This document shows, piece after piece, positions 48,501 to 60,571 of a DNA stretch of 64,000 nucleotides. This DNA comes from Dendrobates tinctorius (lineage: Eukaryota): contig NW_027361797.1 in the NCBI RefSeq assembly GCF_039654945.1, positions 43,462,001 through 43,526,000 on the forward strand, in the 5' to 3' direction. The stretch's first letter is position 1; each line of letters starts with the position of its first letter. A program made the position numbers and the translations under genes. The notes beneath the pieces were generated by a model. That model did not search any database, was not told the DNA's origin, and was given only the letters and a program-made list of their open reading frames with translations.

Positions 48501-51500
48501 TGCAAGCCGCCGGATATATTCTTGGTTCCCCTGCGTGTTACTGTGTGAATTGCTATAGTGTATACTCTGACCTCAGCCTGGATTCTTGACCATTCTATTG
48601 CCTGCCGTTTTTGTACCTCCGCCTCTCTTCCGACTTTTTGACGCTGACCTTTGCTTGGATTCCTGACTCTCCTTCTGCCTGCTGATTTTGTACCTCGCTG
48701 CCCTCCTGGTTTTACTGACCCTGGCCTGGACTTTTGACTCTCCTTCTGTCTGCTGATTTCGTGCCTCTGCGGCGCCCTGGTCTCAGACTCCTGCATCCTG
48801 ACCTTGATTACGGGTTTTAGTTTTGACCCCTTGGTGGCCGTCCTGCTCTGGTCCACTGCTAATCTAGACAGCTACCTCCTGGGCCTTGCTACAATTCCAG
48901 ATCCCTGTATAGGGGTTAAGGGTCTCGGGGTTACTCGGGGTGCTGTCCCCACTGCAGCCCAGATTCGCAGACGGCCGTCACATTATATCCGGCCCAAAAA
49001 AGAACTGCTTTTTGTGTATATTTCCATCATATATAAAAGCAGTCTCCTGATTTTTTTTTTCCCTGAGCTGATTACCTGGCCTACACCTGCTCCAGTGCAC
49101 AGCCTGAAGGAATACTCCCATCTTCCTATACCATCATGCTGCAGCCTGGAGGCTTCAAGGGAAATGCTGAGCGTCAGAAATCCACATTCCTGGGACGTCT
49201 GCCTCTGGGCAGCTCTGGTCGTGCTGTCCCAGAGGCTCAGGTATTGCCCGCAAATGCGGCTAAACTTTTGTTACCCGTCTCTCTCTTATTTTCTAAGAAA
49301 TCTTTGTGTGTGAAGGCCTATGTGGATTGTGGTTCCGCAGGCAACTTCATAGATTTTTTGCTTGCAAGGAAACTTGGTGTACCTTTACTAAGACTTAATG
49401 CCCCTATTCAAACCACGGCGATTAATGGTACATCCATTATCCAGGGTGGAGTGGAATTTGTTACTACAGAAATTGCTATGTCAGTGGGGGCATTACACAC
49501 AGAACATATGTCATTTTTTGTTATTTCCAATTTATCACATGCAGTTGTTTTAGGTATGCCATGGTTGCGCCAGCATAATCCTATTATTGACTGGCACCAA
49601 GGGGATATCGTGCGCTGGAGTCCACAGTGTCAGAATCACTGTATGTCGCTGTCAGTGAACCAAATTAAAATTAAAACACCCTTTATACCATACGCATTCA
49701 GGGACTATGAGGACGTCTTTTCCATAGTGGAGTCTGAGAAATTACCACCTCATAGAGAGTATGACTGTCCTATAGACTTGGTCCCAAGTGCTCGTCTCCC
49801 TAAGGGGAGAATATTTAACCTCTCTGGTCCTGAGCGTGTAGCCATGAAGGACTACATAGCGGACAGCTTGCAAAAAGGTTTTATTAGACCCTCCACTTCA
49901 CCTGTAGGGGCTGGGTTTTTCTTTGTAGAAAAAAAAGATGGTGGACTCAGACCATGTATTGATTATCGTGAGCTGAACGCGATTACTGTAAAAAATCAGT
50001 ATCCGCTTCCACTCATCCCTGATCTGTTTAATCAGCTACTGGGAGCCCGTTGGTTTACTAAGCTTGATCTCCGGGGAGCTTACAATCTGGTTCGCATAAG
50101 AAATGGGGATGAGTGGAAAACAGCCTTTAACACACCTCTTGGTCATTTTGAGTATCTTGTGATGCCGTTTGGGTTGAGTAACGCGCCCGCTGTGTTCCAA
50201 CACTTTGTGAATGATATATTCAGGGATATTTGTGGGGTGTATGTAGTGGTTTATTTGGATGACATCCTGATTTACTCCACTGATGTTCTTACACACGCTC
50301 AACATGTCCGTTCTGTGCTCCAGAGACTTAGAGAACATTCTCTATACGCCAAGTTGGAGAAATGTGTTTTTATGGCTGAGGAGGTACAATTTTTGGGGTA
50401 CATGATTTCTGCTAAGGGGTTTCGCATGGATCCTGCCAAGATCCGACCCATTAGAGAATGGGTACAACCTAAAACTCTAAAAGCGCTGCAGCGATTCTTG
50501 GGATTTACTAATTACTACCGTAAATTCATCAAAGGCTTCTCTGAGATCGCCAAACCGCTCACGGATCTGACCTGGAAGGGGGCTGACATGGTTAATTGGA
50601 AGCCAGAGGCACTTCAGGCATTTTCTGTTTTAAAGGAGTGTTTTTCTGCCAACCCAATATTAATTCAGCCTGATCTAGATCGCCCCTTTGTGGTAGAGGT
50701 TGATGCCTCTGAGGTTGGGGTAGGTGCAGTGCTTTCCCAAGGCACTGCCTCTCTCACTCAACTCTGTCCATGTGCCTTCTTTTCCCGAAAATTCTCCCCT
50801 ACTGAGAAAAATTATGATATAGGGAATCGGGAATTGTTGGCCATAAAGTGGGCCTTCGAAGAATGGCGCCACTTTCTCGAAGGTGCTAAACACAAGGTTA
50901 CCGTGATCACAGATCACAAGAACCTGACCTACTTGGAGTCAGCTAAAAGACTGAATCCTAGGCAGGCCAGGTGGGCCTTATTCTTCTCAAGGTTTAACTT
51001 TGTGATCATGTTTCGTCCAGGGACGAAAAATGTAAGGGCTAATGCCCTCTCTCGAAGTTTCTGCCCCTCACAGGCTGAGGACTCGGAACCAGTCCCAATA
51101 CTGGCCAATGGGATCGTCGTGTCGGCCGTGTCTCTGGACCTTCTGGAGGAGATCCGTAGATCCTCAGAACCAGTCCCGGACACGACGCCCCCCAGAAATT
51201 GTTCGTTCCGGCCCTGTTGCGTCTACAAGTTATGAAAGAGTCGCATGACTCTGTCCTGGCAGGCCATCCTGGTGTTAATAATACCGCCAGACTAGTGACC
51301 AGGAACTTTTGGTGGCCGACGGTGGTTAAGGACTGCAAGGATTACGTACTGGCTTGCGAAACTTGTGCTCGTGCTAAGTCCCCCCATAATCGGCCTGCCG
51401 GCTGGCTCCAGTCCTTGCCTGCCCCAGAGAGTCCATGGACCCACATCTCCATGGACTTCATTACTGACCTGCCACCCTCAGAAGGGAAGACATGTATCTG

Positions 51501-54500
51501 GGTGGTGGTAGACAGGTTCAGTAAGCAGTGCCATTTTGTTCCCGTCTGGACTACCTAAAGCAGAAACGCTGAGTAAATAGTTCGTCATTCATGTAATACG
51601 ACTGCATGGCGCCCCGGTGAATATCGTGTCCGACCGAGGAACCCAGTTCGTTTCTAAATTCTGGAGGGCGTTCTGCAAACGGATTGGCGTTGAATTATCC
51701 TTCTCCTCCGCTTACCACCCTGAGACCAATGGTCAAACTGAGCGCACTAACCAGGGCCTAGAGCAGTATCTCCGCTGTTATGTCTCGGAACATCAATCTG
51801 ATTGGGTGGAACATCTCCCGTTAGCCAAATTCGCCCTAAATAACCAATACCAAGAATCCATCAAAACCACCCCGTTCTTCTGTAATCTTGGTTTACACCC
51901 ACGTTTTGGTTCATTTTCGGCTAACATGTCGGACCTCCCGGGGGTAGAGAAATCCATACATCACTTAAGGACCATCTGGTCAGAGGTGAACTAAAACTTG
52001 AAAGGCTCCCAAGTCAGACAGGCTTCGGCGGCAAATAAATGGCGGTCCAAGGGGCCGCACCTGGGAGTTGGGGACAAAGTTTGGCTGTCTACCAAGAACA
52101 TTAAACTTAAGGTACCGTCTGCCAAACTGGGCCCCAGATTTATTGGTCCCTATGAGATTTTGGAGGTAATTAACCCGGTAGCCTTTCGCTTAAAGCTCCC
52201 TCAGTCCTTCAAAATACCCGTTTTCCACAAATCCCTCCTCAAAACGTACCGCTCCCCAATTCAACCTGTCCAGTCCCCTCCTCCTCCAGTTTTGGTCAAT
52301 GGTGCCTTGGAGTACGAAGTCCAAGGTATCCTTGATTCCCGTTTAGTGAGAGGGTCCGTGCAATACTTAGTGCATTGGAAGGGCTACGGCCCAGAGGAGA
52401 GGTCCTGGGTCCCCGCTGGTGACATCCATGCCAAGGGGTTAATTAGAAGATTTCACCTCCTTCACCCTGACAAACCAGGTTTTGAGGGTCCGGAGGCCCC
52501 TCTTAGAAGGGGGGGTACTGTCACGTCGCAGCCAGACTCAGGGCCTGCTGTTCCGGCGTCGGCCACTAGGAGGCGCCGGACTGACACGTCACTGCCAGAC
52601 TCAGGGCCTGCAGTTCCGGTCTCGGCCACTCGGGGGCGCCGGACCGTCACGTCGCCGTTGGACTCAGGGACGGCTGTTCCTGCCTCAGCCACTGGGAGGC
52701 GCCATGGTTCGCTCCAGGGTGAGGGTGGTGGCAGAGAGGGGGATCCTGCGCAGGCATCTGGTGGGCGCAGGCTCCGCCCCTCTGTCAGTCATGGCTTACT
52801 GCATGTCCATCTGGCCTGGTCCGGGGGCGGTCCTGGTTACATCATCGGGCCGGGAACCTGTGAGGGAGGACCTGATCCCTCAAATACCTGGGGACTGGTC
52901 TTGCAAGCCGCCGGATATATTCTTGGTTCCTCTGCATGTTACTGTGTGAATTGCTATAGTGTATACTCTGACCTCAGCCTGGATTCTTGACCATTCTATT
53001 GCCTGCCGTTTTTGTACCTCCGCCTCTCTTCCGACTTTTTGACGCTGACCTTTGCTTGGATTCCTGACTCTCCTTCTGCCTGCTGATTCTGTACCTCGCT
53101 GCCCTCCTGGTTTTACTGACCCTGGCCTGGACTTTTGACTCTCCTTCTGTCTGCTGATTTCGTGCCTCTGCTGCGCCCTGGTCTCAGACTCCTGCATCCT
53201 GACCTTGATTACGGGTTTTAGTTTTGACCCCTTGGTGGCCGTCCTGCTCTGGTCCACTGTTAATCTAGACAGCTACCTCCTGGGCCTTGCTACAATTCCA
53301 GATCCCTGTATAGCGGTTAAGGGTCTCGGGGTTACTCGGGGTGCTGTCCCCACTGCAGCCCAGATTCGCAGACGGCCGTCACATTACCACTCTGCAGAGG
53401 CCCAAGAAGGGAGGGGGGGCAGCGTTACCTGATTTATTTTTATATTATCTAGCTGGACAGGCCAGGGCCATAAATACATGGATGCCTGGAGGTCGTCTTC
53501 CAAATTCTGAGAGTCACTTACTTCATGCTGCATGGATTAGTTGCCCACTGGGTTTTTTGGAAATGAGGAAAATAAATGTCTCGAGACTGTTACCTTTGCT
53601 TCGTCTGGCACGATCGATATGGAGACAGATTAGGGGGGTGTTTGGATTTGGGGATATTATAGCTGAAATGCCCTTATGGAATAATGACTATCTCCCAGCA
53701 CTACTTGAACATCCATCCGCCGAGTTCTGGGTTCAGTATGTCTCTACGATAGGGGACCTATATGATCATGGAACACTGGAATCCTTTGAGCAATTACAAG
53801 ATAATCGCAATGTCCCAAGATCCCAGTTTTTCCGTTATTTACAACTAAGGTCAGCCTTTCAATCACACATGAGGTGTATAGGTACAGATAATGCCATTTC
53901 GTCTCTGCCCTTGATAGGGATCCTCAAGTCACAGGGCCCTCAGGGTCTCATCTCCTCTCTATATACATATATGTTATCAGCGGGGACGGAGTGTGCCTTA
54001 GATTCCATTAAGAAGAAATGGGAGAGGCTCATCCCAGATACACAGGGTGAAGAATAGGAAGAAATCCTGGAGTCACCAATCTGGGTATCTCCGTATGCCA
54101 ATAACAGGATGATACAATTGTATATTATTAATCAATCATACTTGACTTCAATCCGACTCTTTAAGATGGGCCGATACCCGTCATCGGAATGTCTGAGATG
54201 TCACTCAATAGATGCAGACGTTATTCATATGATCTGGTGCTGTCCTGTTGTTGCGCAATATTGGAGGGAGGTGACATCACTATTGACATCTTTGGTGCAG
54301 ATTTCTGTCCCCCTTGAACCACTGATCTGTCTATTTGGAGTATGGGATGAGGAGACGTGGGGTCATTATGTTGGGATTTTTCTATGGGAGACATTATTTA
54401 TGGCACAGAAAATACTAGCATTACGGTGGATGGGGAATTCACCTCCTTCTCTTGGGTCCTGGATCACTTTGGTAAATTCGATTATCCCATATGAACGTAC

Positions 54501-54600
54501 ACTGTATCAAAATAGAGGGTGCCCGGGTAAATTCAAAAAGATCTGGGAGAGGTGGAACTCCTCTCACCTCACTTTGCAGAGTGGAGATGTTGCACAGTAA
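45542..54600 (+). pseudogene. L1 ORF2 (EN-RT-Zn) with stops and frameshifts, split by the chromovirus at 48115-53383
   Basis: Fragments 45618-46088, 46024-47286, 47290-48114, 53389-54057, 54109-54600. Confidence 0.9.
48115..53383 (+). mobile_element. Tf1/sushi-type chromovirus LTR retrotransposon (LTRs 48115-48982 and 52519-53383), gag largely deleted
   Basis: TG..CA LTRs, TSD TAACC/TTACC, PR VDCGS, RT YLDD, RH, IN with stops, chromodomain YEVQGILD..YLVHWKGY..SW, PPT AGAAGGGGGGG, self-priming-type PBS. Confidence 0.93.
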
Positions 54601-54963
54601 ATAGCTCACTGTGTGGAAGTAGGCTGCGGAATAGTTTGTTTTTGTAGATGTAGATAAGGTTTAGCAGCTGGGCAGGTTTCACTATTGGTATAATAACACA
54701 ACACCATTGTGATTCAATTGATATTATGTTTTGCTTTATTTATATACAACTGATACACATATTATGCTTCACATTTTCATGTTATCTGAGCATACATATA
54801 TATATATTTTGCATCAAGCTTAACATCTTATGCCAATTGTGTGTATTATATAACTGCTTATGGTTAAATAAACAAATTTAAAAAAAAAAAAAAATTTCTG
54901 TAATAATTCTCTCGTTGGGTGCTGTCATAGGTGCTAGGAAAACACAGGTATTACTTACCGGTA

Positions 54964-55930
54964 ATGTGGACAAATCTGAACTCATCATTTTTCCTCCATC
55001 TCACAGATCTTCCTTACCCGACCTAGCTATAACAATAAATGACATCACGCTTTCCCCAGTATCGGAAGTCCGCTGCCTCGGAGTAACCTTTGACTCTGCC
55101 CTGTACTTCAAACCGCACATCCAAGCTCTTTCTACCTCCTGTCGCCTCCAGATAAAAAATATTTCCAGAATCGGTCCTTTCCTCAACCCTCAATCTACTA
55201 AAATGCTTGTGCATGCCCTCATTATCTCCCGCCTCGACTACTGCAACACCCTTTTCTGTGGTCTCCCTGCTAACACCCTCGCACCTCTCCAGTCCATCCT
55301 TAACTCTGCTGCCCGACTAATTCATCTCTCTCCTCGCTACTCCCCTCTGCAAATTTCTTCACTGGCTCCCATTCCCTCAGCGTATCCAGTTCAAATTACT
55401 AATACTGACCTACAAGGCCATCTATACCCTGTCTCCCCCATACGTCTCTGAACTAATCTCCTGATACCTTCCCTCACGTAATCTCCGGTCCTCCCAAGAC
55501 CTCCTTCTCTCCTCCACACTTATTCGCTCCTCACCCAACCGCCTCCAAGACTTGTCCCGAACTGCCCCTATTCTCTGGAATTCTTTTCCCCAACAAGTCC
55601 GGCTATCAACCACATTTGGATCCTTCAGACGGAACCTGAAAACCCACCTCTTCAAGAAAGCCTACAGCCTGCAATAACCCCACTGCCTCCTCACCACTAC
55701 CAGTGATATCACCTCAACCAACACCGAAACTGCTGCAACCAACCAACCTACTGTCTCCTTCCCCACCATCCTGTAGCATGTAAGCCCGAAAGGGCAGGGT
55801 TCTCTCTCCCCTCTATATCAGTCTGTCATTGTTAGTTTGTTCACTGTAAGTGATATCTGTAATTTGTATGTAACCCCTTCTCATGTACAGCACCACGGAA
55901 TCAATGGTGCTATATAAATAAATGATAATA
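54964..55930 (+). mobile_element. L2 3' fragment inserted in the DIRS ICR
   Basis: KSELIIFPP..ISRLDYCN; tail AATAAATGATAATAAT; TAATGTG repeated at both junctions. Confidence 0.88.
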
Positions 55931-57189
55931 ATGTGTTTTTTACGAAGCCCATGACAGCACACCTGTATATTCCCTCCCATTGCTAATCTTTTTTTCACCC
56001 TTTGGTTGGTGGGTCATTGTAGATAGGTGCACTTGAGTAAATTAATACTGGCTGAGGTTTAAGCCAAGTTGAAATAGTTAGCAGAATGTATATATGTATA
56101 TGTGTATGCACTAACCGGAGATCCTCTCAAGCTCTGTCAACCACTGATGCAGAGAGAGGAGCAGCCCTTTTTATCTTAAAGGTTCCCTGTCCTTGTGGGG
56201 CGGATCCCCTCTCTCGTTGGGTGCTGTCATGGGCTTCGTAAAAACACATTACCGGTAAGTAAAAACCTGTGTATCTATATTTTTAGATAAGATTTTTTTC
56301 CTTGGTTGCCAGGAGGGTTCTGGTGGTGCAAATTCCCGGTTAATTTAAGATAATCAGACACCATACGGATTGTCCGTGTGCAGTCCGATTTTTTTTTCTC
56401 ACACCCATTGACTTGCATTGACGAGTCTTGGCCATTTTATGGATCCGTATGCGCAGCATGCTGCGATTTTTGATCTGCACTGACTCGGTGTGAGCGAATC
56501 CAAATACTGATGTAAAATACTGACCAAATACTGAACGTGGCCTAGTATAGAGAAACTGATCACATCAGCTGGGTTCTCTAAAGATGCCACAGAGATCCAT
56601 AAATTTAAAAGGCATTTCCCCATAGTGATATATAGTTAGATTATGACATTGCTTTCTGATTGGTGGGGATTTTGTACACCCTGAGAATGAAGAGGGCCAC
56701 AGTATTGCGTGCCTTCCCTGTTTACCTTGCACAGCGGTGCTCCTGACCACCTGATGAGCACCTCCATCCATTGTGGATGACTGGCTGTACTGCAGCTCCT
56801 GGCTCCATGGGAGTCCAGAGCTCTGATGTGACATGGGCTATGATGAACTAATCCTGGGGCCTCTCCATTGTCAGGATCAGTGGGAGGCCCCAGAAGGTGA
56901 TAACTATCCCAACTATGTTCCATTCTTTCAGATAGAATTAACCATTTAATGATTAACAATTATCAATCAAGACAATTCACCCAATAATATTTCCATTTGG
57001 TTCAATCATTTATTCTGCATCCGATCACAAAAAGGCAAACAAAACCCAAAACATTACAACAGTAAAAATTCCCGCTATGAAAACCTCCATATTATATTAT
57101 TAGAAGACATTGCGGATAACACACTATGTACAGATGCAGCATTGTAACAAGAAATAACAATTTACGATGTGACTTCGTTGTCAGCGGCC

Positions 57190-58749
57190 TCAGCTTGTGA
57201 TTTTAACAGAGGCGCCATCTTCCAAATAGAAGATGACATGTAGGGGTTCAGTGAAGGATGCAGTGACCGTGTGTAAGTGTGTGACGTGGTCCTTTAGCTC
57301 ATAGAAGGACAGACGCCCGGCCTCATAGTCTAAGAACACTCCAAGTTTTGGACATTGTGGCTTTACACCAATGCTTAATAAGCGTGAGTTGCAACCTACA
57401 TCACATGCTTCCTCAGACATAAGCACATACCAAGATTTAGCATCAAACGTAAAATCAGCGTTACATCCTTCCCTTTCTACACTGGGATAACACATTCCAA
57501 CTACACATTTTCCCATCTTGTTCCACTCTACCTCCCAGTAATGTCTTCCTGAGGAGAGGCCACATCTGCTTAAAACATGGGAGCAATTCATAAATCTTAC
57601 TGACGATTGTGGCCTGTCCTGTTCTTCTGAATCTGTTGCAGTTTTCAAATCTTCTGATATCTTTATACAGTTATAAGCAGTGTCCACATCCAGCAATACG
57701 TCTGGAACTTGGATCCTGAGCTCTGAGGTTACATAGGTGAAAATATCCCTCATGGATCGGTGTAAGGTCAATGAGATCAGAACCTCATCCAGCTCCTCAA
57801 GAGAACTCACATCTCCTCCATCTCCACAAGTGTCCTCATCATCTTCATATCCTGTAATATTACTATCTTGTAAGAATGGTATTGGGTCAGTGACACGACA
57901 CATCTCCTCCACATCATTCAATTTGTTGCACAGCTCTTGCTCCTCTACTTCCAACTTCTGGATCAGATGACGTATCCTAAACACAGTCTTTTCCTCTTGC
58001 CTGAAGACCTCGCTCAGCGCTTTAGCTTCTGCAGTTTCCAGTTGTTTCCTAATGTCCATAAATAACTTGCTGATGTTCTCCTTCTTCTCAGAGGCTTTCT
58101 GATGGACAGTCCACATATGATCCCGCAGATTTTGGACTCTGGTCTGAAGTTTAGCTTTTTGTGGGTTAAGATCATTCAGATAGTTCTTCAGTTTCTCCTT
58201 TCTCTTCTCAAAAGCCTCATCTAGAAGTTCCATCTTGTGACCCCAATGTTCACCAACAAAACAGCAAGACATACACAGACAAGCCGCGTCCTGCGGGCAG
58301 TAAAACCCCAGGAGCTTCTTGTGGAGAGAACATCTCTTGTGGCCAATTGAGAGAGTGGGTTCTATTAATATGTGATCCATCGTCTTATTGTGGATTGTCC
58401 GGTGTTTGTCACACAGAGAGTTCCCACACTGCAGACATGTTGTTACCGCCGGAGTGGATGCATCGCAGTAAGCACAAAAGATTTCGGGGGGTTCCTCCAT
58501 ATCAGCCTGAGAAGATAAGAAATGCTCCACTATATGCGACAGCTTCCTGTTCTTCTCTAGGGTCGGTCGCGCCGGATATTTTGCTCTGCACTCCGGACAG
58601 GAATATGCTCCAGTTACCTCCTGTATATCCAGCACACTCACAACACAGAAGCGGCAAAAGTTGTGTCAACAGCTCAGGTAAACGGGATATGTAAAGAAGT
58701 TCAGGCAAATGGGGCAGATCAGCTCGTCCTTCAGCCCAGCAGACTCCAT
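57190..58749 (-). pseudogene. Intronless TRIM (RING-Bbox-Bbox-CC-PRY/SPRY) copy 2, open except a TGA at codon 28
   Basis: MESAGLKDELICPICLNFFTYPVYLSC*HNFCRFC..CPECR; B-boxes; SGRHYWEVE and LGVFLDYEAGRLSFY; 520 codons in one frame. Confidence 0.85.
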
Positions 58750-58811
58750 TGTAGTGTGAAAAAGTCACAAAGCGGAAGCTTAAAAGTTTCCTGAAAGCCG
58801 GGGAGTTAAGT

Positions 58812-59150
58812 CCTAAAGCTCTGTAGGGTCCAGGCAAGACTACTGCTCACCTAAAGCTCTGTAGGGTCCAGGCAAGACTACTGCTCACCTAAAGCTCTGT
58901 AGGGTCCAGGCAAGACTACTGCTCACCTAAAGCTCTGTAGGGTCCAGACAAGACTACTGCTCACCTAAAGCTCTGTAGGGTCCAGGCAAGACTACAGCTC
59001 ACCTAAAGCTCTGTAGGGTCCAGGCAAGACTACAGCTCACATAAAGCTCTGTAGGGTCCAGGCAAGACTAAATCTAACTTAAAGCTCTGTGTGGTCCAGA
59101 CTAGACTGCTCACCTACAGCCCTCTGCAGAGTCCTGACTACTCTACGTCT
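58812..59150. repeat. 38-bp minisatellite, copy 2
   Basis: Same unit as 10632-11000. Confidence 0.95.
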
Positions 59151-59179
59151 CACTTTAAGCTCCGCAGCGCCCAGACTAA

Positions 59180-59350
59180 ATGACTTCTCGCAGCGCTATC
59201 GTGGTCTCAAGCCTCCAGCAAACACGTGCATTGCCGCTTCCGGTCAGGAACTTCCGCATTGTGCTTGCAAGGCCCCGCCTTTTCCGGTGACGTCATCACT
59301 CGCCGCCGCAGCTGTGGACGTCGCGTTTATCTGTGCGCGCGCAAGCCAGG
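59180..59350. promoter_or_regulatory. CpG-rich putative bidirectional promoter with ETS/CRE/GC-box motifs
   Basis: CTTCCGG, CCCCGCC and TTCCGGTGACGTCA between the divergent TRIM and THUMPD1 starts. Confidence 0.6.
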
Positions 59351-59551
59351 ATGAGCGCCGAGGTCCAGAAGGGGAAAAAGCGAGGAAAAGCGCAGTATGT
59401 GAGCAACGCCAAGCGGCACCGGGGCGGCCGGCAGCTGGAGGTGGGCATGCAGGGCATCCTCATCACCTGCAACATGAACGAGAGGAAGTGTGTGGGGGAA
59501 GCCTACAGCCTGCTCAACGAGTACGGAGACCTGCTGTACGGCGCCGAGAAG
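59351..59551 (+). CDS. THUMPD1: THUMPD1 coding exon 1, copy 2 (intact; the rest is not in the window)
   Basis: MSAEVQKGKKRGKAQY..GILITCNMNERKCVGEAYSLLNEYGDLLYGAEK|GTGGGT. Confidence 0.88.
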
Positions 59552-60515
59552 GTGGGTGCCGCATGCGCCCTGTGTGTGTGTGTGTGTGTGTGCGCGCGGA
59601 ACTACAACTCCCAGAGTGCAATGACGGCGGCAGATAGTGTGGGCATGCTGGGAGTTGTAGTCCTGTACAGCTGCTGGTGCTCTGCTGCAGCCTTGGGACG
59701 TGTGCACACTGCGGGGATTTACTGACGGATCAGGGACCAGTGTGAACGAGGCGCTTATTATATAGTAACATTATTATTCTGCTCAATTTGTTATTTCATT
59801 TTTGCAACGAGGTCAAAAATCCACAGCTTGTTTTCCATTTCGTGTGACTTTAGTCCTAGGCCCCGGTTACTTGCACTGGGTGCGGATTTGTTGAGCATCG
59901 GTGATAACTTGTAATATATATCGGTGTGTAGATCAAACATAACATTAATATTCAGTATGTGTAATATTGGGGGGGCAGTAGGACCCCAGCGGATGGCTGT
60001 AACGGGCCTCTGCCACACCCCGTCATTGGAGCGATGGAGCTCGTGCCTCTGCTCTATTCACTCTCTGTGTGACTGCCGGAGACAGCTGTGTATGGTGCCA
60101 TCTCCGTCACTCAGAGCCACGGTCTCGGAATCGGCAGGGGCTCCTGGCTGTCGGACCCCCATCAATCCGTTCTCCTGAGAATAGGTGATGACTTGCGATG
60201 TTGGGAATAGCCATTTAAAAATGTGATCTTCTAAGAAGATCATAAAAGTGCAGATGTCTAGCCAAGAAGAAGAGTGATCGATGACCATGATTGGAGAAAA
60301 GTGAAAGACAGTTGACAGCACATCAGAAAAATATCAGGATTCCGCCATCATACAACATTTCAACCAAAATGGTCTTAATCAAGTATACACCACAGTAAAA
60401 ATGACAGCCTTATAGTGTGAATGCAAACATGCATCAATCACCACTAAAGTACTTCCCAGCATCAATTAATGCAAATAACATACAAAATTAAAATTGTTCA
60501 CAGGATTCATATAGT

Positions 60516-60518
<3 letters not shown>

Positions 60519-60568
<50 letters not shown>
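60519..60568. repeat. (TA)n microsatellite
   Basis: About 25 TA units. Confidence 0.95.

Positions 60569-60571
<3 letters not shown>

Larger units (their letters stand above)
29803..54894 (+). mobile_element. L1 LINE, full-length but degraded, interrupted by LTR elements
   Basis: GC-rich 5' UTR; ORF1 (RRNNIRIVGLP, ERAHR, IFPDFS); ORF2 EN (GDFN, RIDY, DHSP), RT (KAPGPDGF, RQGCPLSP, YADD), CxxC..H..W.C; AATAAA and poly(A) at 54880-54894; imperfect TSD ending TAATTCT. Confidence 0.92.
19994..56272 (+). mobile_element. DIRS1-like tyrosine-recombinase retrotransposon, 5'-truncated and split by nested insertions
   Basis: gag 20000-20500; RT VGGRL (20518/21336), LDLKDAY, LPFGLAIAPRVFTK (to about 21917), IPYLNDFL (about 24255-24280), LGWCLNLEKS (about 27230); RNase H TDAS; MT DLFAT..YAFPP (28050-28190); YR HSTR..HYRLD (29610-29725); ICR at about 54911-54968/55931-55960 and right ITR at 56210-56272. 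Confidence 0.9.

Noticed and set aside
58666-58668. In-frame TGA as selenocysteine in the RING
   Set aside because: It occupies the Gly of CGH (GGA>TGA), not a Cys, and no SECIS was recognised.
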